From IMG/VR virus record IMGVR_UViG_3300028172_000069: a DNA stretch of 64,000 bases, one strand, 5' to 3'. Each line of letters begins with the position of its first letter. The first letter of the stretch is position 1. Shown piece after piece: positions 41,468 to 50,989 of the stretch. This DNA is from a virus. Lineage: Duplodnaviria > Caudoviricetes. Below the pieces are notes generated by a model. The model was not told where the DNA came from. It saw nothing but the letters and a program-made list of their open reading frames with translations, and did not search any database. A program made the translations under genes and the position numbers.

Positions 41468-42604
41468 TTAGCCTTTGTTCTCGATCACGAAACGGCCGAG
41501 ATAGGTTTGCAGGAGCACCGATTCGTCGATGCTGGTCGAGTTGAGTTGCAGCTCCAGTTCAACGATGGTGTGCTGGAGCATCACCAGGCCCTTGAGCCCG
41601 TACTTGATATCCATTTTCTTTGCAAGCTGCTCGAAGATGCGCCCGGAGTACGGCAGGAACTTCGCCGTCTTGGTCTTTGCGCCAATCAGGTAGTCGAGCA
41701 GGGCGCGTGTCTTGTACACGATGCCGCGTGGGTTCTGCGCTTTACGGATGATGGCGATCAACCCAGGCAGGTCGAGGTTCATCGTGGCCGCAACGACAGA
41801 CGCTGCGGCCTTGTCGAGGTCTGCTGCCGACGATTCGACGTATGCCTTGAGTGCACCTTCTGCGTCGAGCTTCTTGCCGCCGAAGCCTGCGAACATCACA
41901 GCTTCAAGGTGGGCAATGGCGTTGCGCATACTGCCGTCGCACATGGCAGCGATCAGCTCCAGCGCCTTCTTACCTTCCTTGCCTTTAACGAAGTCCATCT
42001 TCTCTTGCTCGACGATGTACTGCAGGCGAGAGACGATGTGCTCTGGTTCGATGCGGTTCAGGTTGATCTTGGTGCAACGACCTGCGATGGTGTCGACCAG
42101 TTTCTCCGGGTTCGTCGTGCAGAGAATCCAGATGGTGTGGATGCTCGGCTCTTCGATAGGAACCAGCAGCGCTTCTGCGGACGCACCGGTGAGCTTGTGA
42201 GCCTCGTCGATGATGAACACGCGGTAGTTGGTGTGCGGCGCAGCGTTGGCACCACGGACGAGAGAGCGAATGTCCTCGACCTTACCGTGAGTACCTGCGT
42301 TGACGATGGTGACGTCTGGATGCTTCTCGCCCAGCTTGTACGCCATGGACTCACGGACGTTCTTCGGATCGTCGGCGTTCATGTACGTCGCAAGGATACG
42401 CGCCAGTGTCGTCTTGCCAGTGCCTGTGACACCGCTAATCAGGATCGCGCCCGGGAAACGGTTGCGCTTAATCATACCCTTGATGATGGAAACGCTGTCG
42501 TCTTGACCAACAACGTCTTTGAGTGTGCGCGGTCGGTGAGTAACGGCGAGAGACTGAGTGGCTGATGCCGTCTCTTCAATCGCAGCCTTCTGCTTCTTCG
42601 CCAT
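41468..42604 (-). CDS. clamp loader AAA+ subunit (DnaX/RFC-like)
   Basis: HRPRTLKDVVGQ, GVTGTGKTT, IIDEAHKLT, AGRC. Confidence 0.92.
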   Translation of the reverse strand: MAKKQKAAIEETASATQSLAVTHRPRTLKDVVGQDDSVSIIKGMIKRNRFPGAILISGVTGTGKTTLARILATYMNADDPKNVRESMAYKLGEKHPDVTIVNAGTHGKVEDIRSLVRGANAAPHTNYRVFIIDEAHKLTGASAEALLVPIEEPSIHTIWILCTTNPEKLVDTIAGRCTKINLNRIEPEHIVSRLQYIVEQEKMDFVKGKEGKKALELIAAMCDGSMRNAIAHLEAVMFAGFGGKKLDAEGALKAYVESSAADLDKAAASVVAATMNLDLPGLIAIIRKAQNPRGIVYKTRALLDYLIGAKTKTAKFLPYSGRIFEQLAKKMDIKYGLKGLVMLQHTIVELELQLNSTSIDESVLLQTYLGRFVIENKG

Positions 42605-42608
42605 GCTA

Positions 42609-43175
42609 TTAGAGCTCCGTATCTTCGCGGAAGAAATGGTAGGCCATCGTGTACAGGATGTCCTCGAGTTGATGTATGCTGGTGTAATGATGGTTTACAC
42701 TACCCAGCGCAATTCGCAGATCAATAACGCCCACTTCGTCGCTCAGGTAGTACGCGAGTCGCAGCTGGGTGAAGTACCGATTGAGTTCTTCGATCGGATA
42801 GTCCACGCCTCGCCACCGAGCCGTCACGAAACGAAACACCACTTTGTCGTCGGTCAGCATAGTCACGTAGTTGGTGACGTTGCGTTTGCGCAGCATATTT
42901 GCAGGCATAGCCAACGATAGGCTCTGCAGGTCCTCAGCTGTAGCAGTGCGATGCACCGTCTGAGTTCCAATGGGCGAGCGGATGTAGTCCATCCACTCCT
43001 CAACATCTTCGAAGGCGTCGTCGTTGATTGTCAGGACGATGCCGTTTTCCACAGAGCCATGCGCGCTGAGGCGTTCAAACTTGAAGCGGTTGAACGCAAT
43101 GTCACGCGGGCGATTGCCGAGAGTAGCGATCGGCATAATGTTCGTAAGGGACTTCAAGGTAGCGAGGTCGTTCAT
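42609..43175 (-). CDS. hypothetical protein
   Basis: 188-aa ORF in the operon. Confidence 0.65.
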   Translation of the reverse strand: MNDLATLKSLTNIMPIATLGNRPRDIAFNRFKFERLSAHGSVENGIVLTINDDAFEDVEEWMDYIRSPIGTQTVHRTATAEDLQSLSLAMPANMLRKRNVTNYVTMLTDDKVVFRFVTARWRGVDYPIEELNRYFTQLRLAYYLSDEVGVIDLRIALGSVNHHYTSIHQLEDILYTMAYHFFREDTEL

Positions 43176-43187
43176 CAGTGAACTCCT

Positions 43188-44213
43188 TTAGATGCTCTGG
43201 AGCGCCTTCAGGGTTTTCTCCATAGCCTTGGTAATGTCTTTAGGCATCGTCTTCCCAGTCATGTGGAATGCGAATGCCTCTGCAAAGAACTCGTCCGGGC
43301 TCACCATGGAGTATTCGGACAGATCAGGACGCGACTCCACGATCGTTGTACGCTTCGGCCACATCGAGGCGAACTTCTCGCTGTCCTCAAGATAGAGGAT
43401 TTCGAGGCTGCGGCCGTCGAGCTTGTGGTAGCGCTTGTAGTGGCTGAGCACTTCGCGGAACACCAGAGAGTCTTGATCTTCAAGCTCTTTATAGAATTCC
43501 TTGAACGTGCCGCTGAACTCGATCAGTTCACCAAGCATCGACTCCAACCGATCTTTCAGGATGCTGTTCAGCTCCAGACGCTTGTGGTAGAGCTTGATCC
43601 AGCGCGCCTTGTACGCACCAGGCACCATGCGGAACCAGACTGCGTGCGCGTACTCGTGGTACAGGACATACTCGTTGTACGCACGGTCGGTGAACGTGTC
43701 TGGGTACAGGTCGATGCCGTCAGTGAACTCGCTCATGGAGCGCTTGATGTGGTAGCAGCCTGCGTACTTTCCACGCTTCGGGAACAGCTTGATGCTGCCA
43801 AGCGGGAAGATGTTCAGGTTGTTCTCCAGCATCGCATCGTAGGTACGACGCAGCGCAGACTTGAGCGCTTTCTTCTCCAGGTCTTCCAGCACACGGAAGA
43901 AGTGCATCGGTCCGTACTTGGAATCGACGCTGGTGATGTATGGGTTGATCTTCACGCCGAACGCATTACCACCTGGCTTCGGGTTCAGACCGAGGTTGGC
44001 AACCAGTGTTTGGTCATCGTACTCAATGGTCTGGTGTTCTTCGTCAGCCAGAGTGCGGTCGATCACTGCGCGATTGCGCTCAGGGTTGATCGCGAGGCAC
44101 AGATGATGCTTGGTGCCAACACGCACGATGATGTAGCTGTCCTTCTGGATCGCCATCATCGCAGGAGACTTGGACTTCTTCTCCTTTTTCTTCTCTTTGT
44201 CTTTCTTGGCCAT
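43188..44213 (-). CDS. putative zincin-like metallopeptidase
   Basis: LYHEYAH (HExxH) plus downstream YSMVSPDEFFAEAF third-ligand motif. Confidence 0.6.
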   Translation of the reverse strand: MAKKDKEKKKEKKSKSPAMMAIQKDSYIIVRVGTKHHLCLAINPERNRAVIDRTLADEEHQTIEYDDQTLVANLGLNPKPGGNAFGVKINPYITSVDSKYGPMHFFRVLEDLEKKALKSALRRTYDAMLENNLNIFPLGSIKLFPKRGKYAGCYHIKRSMSEFTDGIDLYPDTFTDRAYNEYVLYHEYAHAVWFRMVPGAYKARWIKLYHKRLELNSILKDRLESMLGELIEFSGTFKEFYKELEDQDSLVFREVLSHYKRYHKLDGRSLEILYLEDSEKFASMWPKRTTIVESRPDLSEYSMVSPDEFFAEAFAFHMTGKTMPKDITKAMEKTLKALQSI

Positions 44214-44222
44214 GGGAATTCC

Positions 44223-44825
44223 TTACGAGCTGATCCAGCCACGTGGGTTGTTGGCAGCGCGAACGAGAATGTCCACACGCTCTTGCGGGGTTTGCCCGCG
44301 TGGATAGTAACCGCCACGTGGATCGTCACGGAAGTGCGCTTCACGGAACATGGCGATGCGGGCTTCGACAAACTCGTCGAGTGTCTTGATGCCGTACTGC
44401 GGCTCTGCAAGCGAGCGGCGGCTGTAACGCTCAACACTGCAATCGCTACTGTCCTGATCGTACCACATCAGAAAGTAGCTGTTGTCGGTTTCGTACAGTA
44501 CCAACCAGTCGTCGCCTTTGGCCTTGAAGTGGTGTTTCGCGGTTGCAGCATCTGCAAACGCTTGGTAGTTCTCGACAGTAGGTGCGATCCAGTTGGCATC
44601 GTTGTCTTCGTCATTGTCAACGCGCTCACCCTCTGGCTTTTCAAGACCGTAGCGCGCCAGCAGGAACGCGACGTGGTTCTTCCCGTAGTTTACCAGACCA
44701 TCGAGAAACGAACTAGCAACGTAGTCGTAGCGGGTGTCGAAGGCGATACCTCCATCGCGCATGATCTGCGCAGTTGGATAGTCGTATTCCTCCATTGGGA
44801 AATCTTTCAGCTTGTACTGAGACAT
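44223..44825 (-). CDS. hypothetical protein
   Basis: 200-aa ORF in the operon. Confidence 0.7.
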   Translation of the reverse strand: MSQYKLKDFPMEEYDYPTAQIMRDGGIAFDTRYDYVASSFLDGLVNYGKNHVAFLLARYGLEKPEGERVDNDEDNDANWIAPTVENYQAFADAATAKHHFKAKGDDWLVLYETDNSYFLMWYDQDSSDCSVERYSRRSLAEPQYGIKTLDEFVEARIAMFREAHFRDDPRGGYYPRGQTPQERVDILVRAANNPRGWISS

Positions 44826-44827
44826 GG

Positions 44828-45463
44828 TCAGCCCTCGGAACGAGTCTTGCCAACGATGCCGTAGTAACCGCCGATCGCTGGGATGAAGATTTGATTGTCG
44901 AACTTCTTGTGGTGCTCAAGCGGATCGAGGCTGAACATCACTTCACCTTCCGACGTTGGAGCACGCAGAGTACGCACGCCGTAGCGCTTGCAGTCGTCAG
45001 CCAAACGGATCACGATGAAACGGGGATCGACATGGGTCTGCTGGATTGCACGGCGAGCGATGTAGTCGTAGGCACCTTTGCCTAGGTCAACGAAGCGAGC
45101 GAACAGGTCGATCACATGCTTGTCTTCGCTGATGTGGTAGCCTTCTTTCGGGTCGAGGCCTTCGAACGCGAGGAAGGTGTACACGGCGGTCGCGCTTGGC
45201 GATGCCGAGTCGAAGTATTCTTCAACCAGCTTGGCCACACCTTCTGCGAACTCGATCTGGAGAGGCGTCAGTGCTGGACACTCAGCAGGACGCTCAAATT
45301 CTGGACGATCAACACCGCCGTCCATGATCTTGTCGTAGGCTGCGCGCAACTGTGCCTTGTTCGGATGATCGAACGTTGGGTACAACTCGGCGCAGGCTTG
45401 TTTGAAGTACAGCTCGGCCGTGTTCAGGTTGATCCGAGTGTACTTGGTCATCACGGTGCTCAT
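44828..45463 (-). CDS. hypothetical protein
   Basis: ATG 45463 overlaps the upstream stop. Confidence 0.7.
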   Translation of the reverse strand: MSTVMTKYTRINLNTAELYFKQACAELYPTFDHPNKAQLRAAYDKIMDGGVDRPEFERPAECPALTPLQIEFAEGVAKLVEEYFDSASPSATAVYTFLAFEGLDPKEGYHISEDKHVIDLFARFVDLGKGAYDYIARRAIQQTHVDPRFIVIRLADDCKRYGVRTLRAPTSEGEVMFSLDPLEHHKKFDNQIFIPAIGGYYGIVGKTRSEG

Positions 45464-46317
45464 TCGTCGTCCCACCCTGTATCTGGTTCGCTTACTGCTG
45501 GACCGTGAGTACGCACCAGCTCGTTGTAGATGCCGACTACAGACTTGTAGCCTTTGGTGTTCAGTGGGCTTTCGAGCAGATGCTCCTCGAAGCCAGCCTT
45601 GATGCCAGTGTCACCCAACTGAAACGGTTGGTGAACGTACACACGCACGCGCTCGAAATACTCCTCGAATGCCATGCGGCTGACTGCCTTCTGAATAGGC
45701 TTGTTCAGGTCAGCAGGGGTCGCACCCTGGAAGATTTTCAGAATCTTCGGTGTGAAGAAGATCGGGCAGTACGCAAGGTCACCGCCGTTCTCTGCACACC
45801 ACTTCTCGATCAAGCCCTTCTGGAAGGCTTTGTTGGACGAGAATGCGAGCGCACGGAATTCGTCTTCGCGCCCAGCGTAGTGCTGGCAGGCTTTGCGACT
45901 CAGGCAGTACAGGCTGTCTGCACCGTGACCAGTGAAGAACACGTCTTCCTTGATCTTGGGCAGCAGATGGTACATTGGCCAGAAGCACTCGAAGTCGGTC
46001 TTCGATCGGCAGCCAAACTCGGCGAGCTTCACGACGTCCTTCATCAAACGCTTCTGACCAGTGGGCAATGTGACTTTGGTAAACGGCAGTCCGAACTCTT
46101 TCGCAGTCAGTTGGGCGATGCGCACGTCGCGGCTCTCGACACCTTCGAGGTGGAAGCTGTACACATGCGGCTTCAACCCAGCCTCAAGGCAAGCGAACAG
46201 GGCGCAGTGACTGTCCACACCGCTGCTCATTGGCACGGCTACCTTCTTCACGCCGTACGACGCTGCCCGTTCAACAAGGGCTTTACGGAGCTTTCTGGCT
46301 CGCGTCTTCTGATCCAT
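45460..46317 (-). CDS. asparagine-synthetase-like N-type ATP pyrophosphatase (synthetase domain only)
   Basis: PP-loop MSSGVDS and FTGHGADSLY (compare AsnB LSGGLDS and LSGEGADE); no glutaminase domain. Confidence 0.75.
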   Translation of the reverse strand: MDQKTRARKLRKALVERAASYGVKKVAVPMSSGVDSHCALFACLEAGLKPHVYSFHLEGVESRDVRIAQLTAKEFGLPFTKVTLPTGQKRLMKDVVKLAEFGCRSKTDFECFWPMYHLLPKIKEDVFFTGHGADSLYCLSRKACQHYAGREDEFRALAFSSNKAFQKGLIEKWCAENGGDLAYCPIFFTPKILKIFQGATPADLNKPIQKAVSRMAFEEYFERVRVYVHQPFQLGDTGIKAGFEEHLLESPLNTKGYKSVVGIYNELVRTHGPAVSEPDTGWDDE

Positions 46318-46325
46318 GATCGCTC

Positions 46326-46778
46326 CTAGCGTTTCTTCTTGCCTTTGAATTTTACCCAGTGATTACCCTGGAGTCCGCCTTCAAGTTTGTGCAGGCGAAC
46401 AATGTCACCGTTGGACTTGATGCCCACGATGTAGTAACCCAGGTACTTGTCCTTCGTCACTTTAAGGAAGGCGGCTGGCGACGTGCGCAAAGGCATGCCG
46501 CTGATATCCTTCTTCTTGGTGATCGTGTACGCCACGTAATCGCTGTTGGTCCAATCGTCCAGCAACTTCATCATCACGTCTGGCATCACGAACTTCATAT
46601 CGTTGCCGTTGACGGCATAGAAGAACGTGTTGGCATCGCCCTTACCAACGGTGTACATGATGCCTGCTTGGGTTGCAGACACTTGCCACTGATGAAGGCG
46701 ACGCTCATTCGGGCTCAGGCCCTCTTCCATTTTCCACAGCGTTTTCACACGCTTGCGGAGCAATTGGAGTTCGCGCAT
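46326..46778 (-). CDS. hypothetical protein within the modification cluster
   Basis: 150-aa ORF between cmoA and the Asn-synthetase-like gene. Confidence 0.65.
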   Translation of the reverse strand: MRELQLLRKRVKTLWKMEEGLSPNERRLHQWQVSATQAGIMYTVGKGDANTFFYAVNGNDMKFVMPDVMMKLLDDWTNSDYVAYTITKKKDISGMPLRTSPAAFLKVTKDKYLGYYIVGIKSNGDIVRLHKLEGGLQGNHWVKFKGKKKR

Positions 46779-46781
46779 TGC

Positions 46782-47567
46782 TTAGTCCTTGATGGCGATG
46801 TAGCCCACGAAGTTGAGGTTGCGGAAGAACGTCTCGACGCTACGGAAGCCAGCGGTGCGCAGCATTTCGATATTGTTCTCATGGGTCACTGGGACCTGAA
46901 CACCTTCGAGGGCTGCACGCTTGCGCTCAATGTCTTCCCAGCTATAGCCGTTGTCGTGCTTGTACTCATGGTAGGCATCGACCAGCAGTTCTTGCATCAC
47001 TGCCGTGTTGCCCAGCACCTTCTCTACCATGAAGAAGGCACCGCCAGATTCCAGACCATCGTACACGCCCTTTAGGATGGACGGTCGGAAATTGATCGGC
47101 ACGAAGATCATGGTAAGGATCGACAGCACGAGGTTAGTCGGCAGCGTCTGCACTTTGTGGAATTCCACACTGCCACTCATGTGCGCACTCGGCCAGCGAA
47201 TGGCGTCGGCAATCTCTTTGGCCTTCTTGCGCAGGTCGTAGCTGCACGGGTGTACGTTGAACTGGTCGGCGAAGCGCCCACGCATTTCTTCAAGCATCGG
47301 GTCCGAGATTTCGCTCAGATAGAACTGGGCTTCTGGGAACGCACCAATGAACTTGGCACTCGCTTCACCGCGGCTTGCACCGAGGTCAATGACGTTGCAC
47401 GGTGTCTTGACGAAGTTCTTGCCCAGTCGCCACACCAATTCACGCATCGAACCATAGCCGGGGATGCTGCGCTCCAGCATGTTGTCAAACTTCTTGGCGA
47501 CGTCCTCGTTGAACTCCCACTTCTGGCCGGGTACGTGATCGTCGCGCAGGGTTTCGATTGGTTGCAT
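46782..47567 (-). CDS. cmoA: carboxy-S-adenosylmethionine synthase (CmoA-like)
   Basis: WEFNEDVAKKFDNMLERSIPGY, VIDLGASRG, EKV and IERKRAALEGV match E. coli CmoA ([22 protein letters not shown] ... ISQKRSMLENV), including the Arg that binds the carboxylate. Confidence 0.88.
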   Translation of the reverse strand: MQPIETLRDDHVPGQKWEFNEDVAKKFDNMLERSIPGYGSMRELVWRLGKNFVKTPCNVIDLGASRGEASAKFIGAFPEAQFYLSEISDPMLEEMRGRFADQFNVHPCSYDLRKKAKEIADAIRWPSAHMSGSVEFHKVQTLPTNLVLSILTMIFVPINFRPSILKGVYDGLESGGAFFMVEKVLGNTAVMQELLVDAYHEYKHDNGYSWEDIERKRAALEGVQVPVTHENNIEMLRTAGFRSVETFFRNLNFVGYIAIKD

Positions 47568-47629
47568 GTCCGTAACTCCATGTTTGATGCCCATGTGGGC
47601 TTACTGGTCATTTACAGTTTCAAGGCCAC

Positions 47630-47656
47630 AAAAAGGGAGCGCGATGGCTCCCTTTG
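47630..47656 (-). terminator. terminator-like hairpin between the MTase and cmoA
   Basis: AAAGGGAGC-catcgc-GCTCCCTTTT. Confidence 0.65.
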
Positions 47657-47664
47657 TGCGAGGC

Positions 47665-48678
47665 TTACAGCTTTTCGAGGATATTGCGGCGAAGCTCGCG
47701 GCAAACGTGGTACATCATGAGCGGTGGTACCGAGCGGCCGATGCGCTCAAACTGCTGCTTGTAGGTACCAGTGAAGATGAAGTCTTCGGGGAAGGTGAAG
47801 ATGGTCTTCAACTCGTCGATGGTGTACTTACGGCGCTCACCGCTCAGCGTCTCGATGAATCCACCTGAGGAGAATCCAGCAGTCTCGCTGTTGGTGCCAT
47901 CCGAAGCCACGATTGTAGGTGACGGGATCGACGCAGGCACGTACTTCAGGTCACCCTTGTGCTTCGACTTCAGGTACGCCACGTGAGGTAGAACGTCATT
48001 CACGTTGATGGCATACTTGTGCGGCGTTGGGAATACAGGGTCGAAACCTTTCTTCACCAGATCGTCACGCACGCCGACGAAGATCACACGCTCACGGGCT
48101 TGCGCCACACCAAGGTATGCAGCGTTGAGCACTTGCGCACGCACGCTGTAACCGATCGCCTTCAAGTCACGGAGAATTTCGACGAAGTAGCCTTTCGCGT
48201 CACCCTCGACCATGCCTTTGACATTCTCGCAAACAAATACCTTCGGCATGAAGGCTTCCAGCTTGCGCATTTCCTCGTAGAAGAGGTCGTCTGTGCGCTG
48301 GTAGACGTTCTCGCTGTACAGCTTCTCCTTGCCCCAGTCATCACTGCCAGTACCAGACGTGGAGAATGACTTGCACGGTGGGCTACCTTCCGAGAAGTCG
48401 AGCTGGCCACGTTTCAGGCCAAGCTCTTTGCGAATGGCTGCCCAGTCAACCTTGCGAATGTCTTCGCCGATGACCATGGTGCCTTTGTGGTTCTTCTGGT
48501 AGGTTTCGATGGCCGGCTTGATGAACTCGGTAGCCGCGAGCACTTGGATGCCCGCCATCTTCACGCCAGTAGACGAGCCGCCACAGCCACTGAAAGAACT
48601 GATGCCTTTGAAGTGCTTGGGCAGCGCGTTGATCTTCTTCATCGAAGGGATCTTGGGAATGCGTTTCTCATTGGCCAT
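47665..48678 (-). CDS. C5-cytosine DNA methyltransferase-fold enzyme, probable carboxymethyltransferase
   Basis: FSGCGG (I), GSPPCKSFS (IV), ENV (VI), QARERVIFVG (VIII); motif X reads IGRSVPP instead of GNSV. Confidence 0.88.
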   Translation of the reverse strand: MANEKRIPKIPSMKKINALPKHFKGISSFSGCGGSSTGVKMAGIQVLAATEFIKPAIETYQKNHKGTMVIGEDIRKVDWAAIRKELGLKRGQLDFSEGSPPCKSFSTSGTGSDDWGKEKLYSENVYQRTDDLFYEEMRKLEAFMPKVFVCENVKGMVEGDAKGYFVEILRDLKAIGYSVRAQVLNAAYLGVAQARERVIFVGVRDDLVKKGFDPVFPTPHKYAINVNDVLPHVAYLKSKHKGDLKYVPASIPSPTIVASDGTNSETAGFSSGGFIETLSGERRKYTIDELKTIFTFPEDFIFTGTYKQQFERIGRSVPPLMMYHVCRELRRNILEKL

Positions 48679-48688
48679 GGCTGCGTCC

Positions 48689-49495
48689 TTACTTCTTTTT
48701 CTTCGCTGGCATTTTCAGCTCTGTTTTCTTCGGAGCCGCGAGCTTGGATTTCTTGGGCTTGTCACCCTTGTCCTTACTCTTGACCTTCTCTTTGTCTTTC
48801 GACTTTTCCTTCTTGCCGTCTTTCTCTTTCAGCTTGAGCTTCGGAGCTTTCGGCTCAGCCTTGGCCGCAGGCTGCGACTTGGCACTGGTGTTGAACTGGA
48901 ATTTGCACTTCGGGCAGCAATGCTCGAACTCGAAGCTGTCCTCGCCGAACTCTTGGAACGACTCCTTGCCTTCGCCATCGTTGTCGATTTCGCGACCTTT
49001 GGAGTCGAGCGTTGGCATCTTTGGCATCAAGCCACGCAGGCTCAGTGGGTCGATACCCAGAACGTTCACGTCGAACGACTTGCCGGCGTCGAGCTTCTCC
49101 AGCATAACGCCCAGCTTGGTACGGTCGAAGTCGCCACCGTGCGCGTTCGCTGCGATGTTGGCCGCCATCTCGGATTTCTTGTCGCTCCAGTCCACGATGC
49201 GTAGTGGGATACGGATTTCGCCGCTCGCAGTCTTCGCAACGATGTGACCTTCTGCAACGGTACCGAAGGCGTCCTTCACAGGCTTTGTGACGATCTTGGT
49301 CTTGACGTCCTTACCGCGCAGACGCTTCAAGCGCTGGTGACCGGAAATCAGGTTCTGGGTCTTCTTGTTGAAGACGACGCCGGACAGGTCACCGTAGGTA
49401 GTCATGGACAGGTGCAGGTTGTCCAGTCGCTTTTCACTGATGACACGCGGGTTATACTTGGCCTCTTTGAGGTCCTTGATGGTCAATTCTGCCAT
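48689..49495 (-). CDS. ParB/Srx-like domain protein with Cys motif and Lys-rich tail
   Basis: YNPR...LISGHQRL ParB-N motifs; HCCPKCKFQF. Confidence 0.8.
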   Translation of the reverse strand: MAELTIKDLKEAKYNPRVISEKRLDNLHLSMTTYGDLSGVVFNKKTQNLISGHQRLKRLRGKDVKTKIVTKPVKDAFGTVAEGHIVAKTASGEIRIPLRIVDWSDKKSEMAANIAANAHGGDFDRTKLGVMLEKLDAGKSFDVNVLGIDPLSLRGLMPKMPTLDSKGREIDNDGEGKESFQEFGEDSFEFEHCCPKCKFQFNTSAKSQPAAKAEPKAPKLKLKEKDGKKEKSKDKEKVKSKDKGDKPKKSKLAAPKKTELKMPAKKKK

Positions 49496-49510
49496 TTGCT
49501 TAATAGCCTG

Positions 49511-49744
49511 TTAGTTCTTGGGAATTGGGTAGCAGTCGGTCGCGACACCGTCCGTGCCAGTTGCGATGAAACACTCGATGCCGGGCCGCGGCGAGTAAAC
49601 TTGCTTTTGCACGGAAGTCGCTGCCATCCAACGACTCCATGCAGTGAACCCGTAGATCATCAACATGATGAATACTACCACGCCCGCAACAGCCAGAAGG
49701 ATGAGGGCGAACGTTTTACGGTCGTTTTGTGCTGAATGTGCCAT
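49511..49744 (-). CDS. small membrane protein
   Basis: One hydrophobic helix; preceded by the ACTGTAAA motif. Confidence 0.65.
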   Translation of the reverse strand: MAHSAQNDRKTFALILLAVAGVVVFIMLMIYGFTAWSRWMAATSVQKQVYSPRPGIECFIATGTDGVATDCYPIPKN

Positions 49745-49778
49745 AGCATTCTCCAGTGGTTTGTCTGGAGTTTACAGT

Positions 49779-50282
49779 TTAGATCACCACTCCGAGTTCC
49801 TCACGCATGATGCGCAGGCACTCATCCTTCTGCATGAACATCCAGCGCTTCGGTAACGGGATGCGCTTACCAGAGCCCGTCATGAGCAGCACGCAGAACT
49901 TGAAGCCGCGCTCTTGGCATGCCTTGGCCTTAGCCTTGTTCATGCTCCAGCCGCGCTTCTTGTTGTTGATCAGGCCCATCGTTGCCTTCGACTTCACTTC
50001 CACGATGATGTTGTGGTTGCGAATGAAGATATCAGGCATGTAGGTACGCCAGCGCTTGCCGTACTTGTAGCGAATGTTCAGGGCGTTACCCATTTCGCAC
50101 TCGGTACGAATGTCGGCCGGGTCGAATCCGCCTTTCTCGACAAGGTACTCCAGCGCTTGTCGCTCGTAGCCTTGAACCAGCAGTTGCCGACCGTGGAACT
50201 CATAGTGGTACTGCTTGTACTTCTCGGAACGCTTCTGTCTGCGTTTCTTCATCGGTGCGTTGTTTCCAAACAGACCTTGCAT
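49779..50282 (-). CDS. PD-(D/E)xK endonuclease (TnsA-N / T4 gp4-like)
   Basis: GYE...YMPDIFI...IVEVKS. Confidence 0.7.
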   Translation of the reverse strand: MQGLFGNNAPMKKRRQKRSEKYKQYHYEFHGRQLLVQGYERQALEYLVEKGGFDPADIRTECEMGNALNIRYKYGKRWRTYMPDIFIRNHNIIVEVKSKATMGLINNKKRGWSMNKAKAKACQERGFKFCVLLMTGSGKRIPLPKRWMFMQKDECLRIMREELGVVI

Positions 50283-50340
50283 ACGGTAACCTCCCAGTCA
50301 ATGCTGGAAAAATTACCAAGGGAAATGAAAACGGGAACCA

Positions 50341-50634
50341 CTAGGGCTCCCGTATTGCCATTGCGCGTATGGCACTGCGCAGTCTGACTGGATCATTGCT
50401 ATGTACAGGGTTCTCGAAGAACTCGCGCAGTGGTTCCTTGTACGGTCCACGTGCGAAGAACACCAGCACGGTATCTGTCACTTGGATGCGCACGTTGTCG
50501 TGCGGAGCCTTGCGCTTGAACGTAGTTGCTGACTGGTCGAACTCACCAATCACTGTACCCATATCGTCAGCCAGCGTGGTCAGTTTCGAGAACACCTCCG
50601 CTGCTCTCTCGGAGGAAGGAAACAAGTTCGTCAT
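50341..50634 (-). CDS. hypothetical protein
   Basis: 97-aa ORF followed by a hairpin. Confidence 0.55.
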   Translation of the reverse strand: MTNLFPSSERAAEVFSKLTTLADDMGTVIGEFDQSATTFKRKAPHDNVRIQVTDTVLVFFARGPYKEPLREFFENPVHSNDPVRLRSAIRAMAIREP

Positions 50635-50965
50635 ACGTGCGGTCCTTGTTGAATGGGTCGAATATCAGGACGTCCGGATGTTGTCGCAGGACGTAGTCAC
50701 AGAAGTCCAGATAGCCTTGCGCGTCCACGTCATGCGTGGATGCTGCAACGTGGAGAACATCGTGCCTGCGTATTTGGGAGCAGACAACTTCGGGGAATCT
50801 TGGCAGGGTAGCGTATACCTGAATGTCGAACTCAGGATAGGTGCGCTCGCTACTCGCCGCAGCATGGGTGATAAACAGGTCTAGACCAGGGACGTTCTCT
50901 TTCCAGAGTTCCTCCAGCAGGCGAGTGCGCGTTGCGCTGTCGTCCCACAGAATGTTCAGCTTCAT
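50567..50965 (-). CDS. hypothetical protein
   Basis: SD AAGGA before ATG 50965. Confidence 0.55.
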   Translation of the reverse strand: MKLNILWDDSATRTRLLEELWKENVPGLDLFITHAAASSERTYPEFDIQVYATLPRFPEVVCSQIRRHDVLHVAASTHDVDAQGYLDFCDYVLRQHPDVLIFDPFNKDRTYDELVSFLRESSGGVLETDHAG

Positions 50966-50989
50966 GCACTCAGTCCTTTTACAGATACC

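Noticed and set aside
250-48000. Many long plus-strand ORFs (e.g. 250..2085, 3817..8412, 8992..10917, 21363..24884, 24912..27227, 40685..42565)
   Set aside because: They are in-register antisense shadows of GC3-biased minus-strand genes, with no SD, no motifs and unnatural composition.
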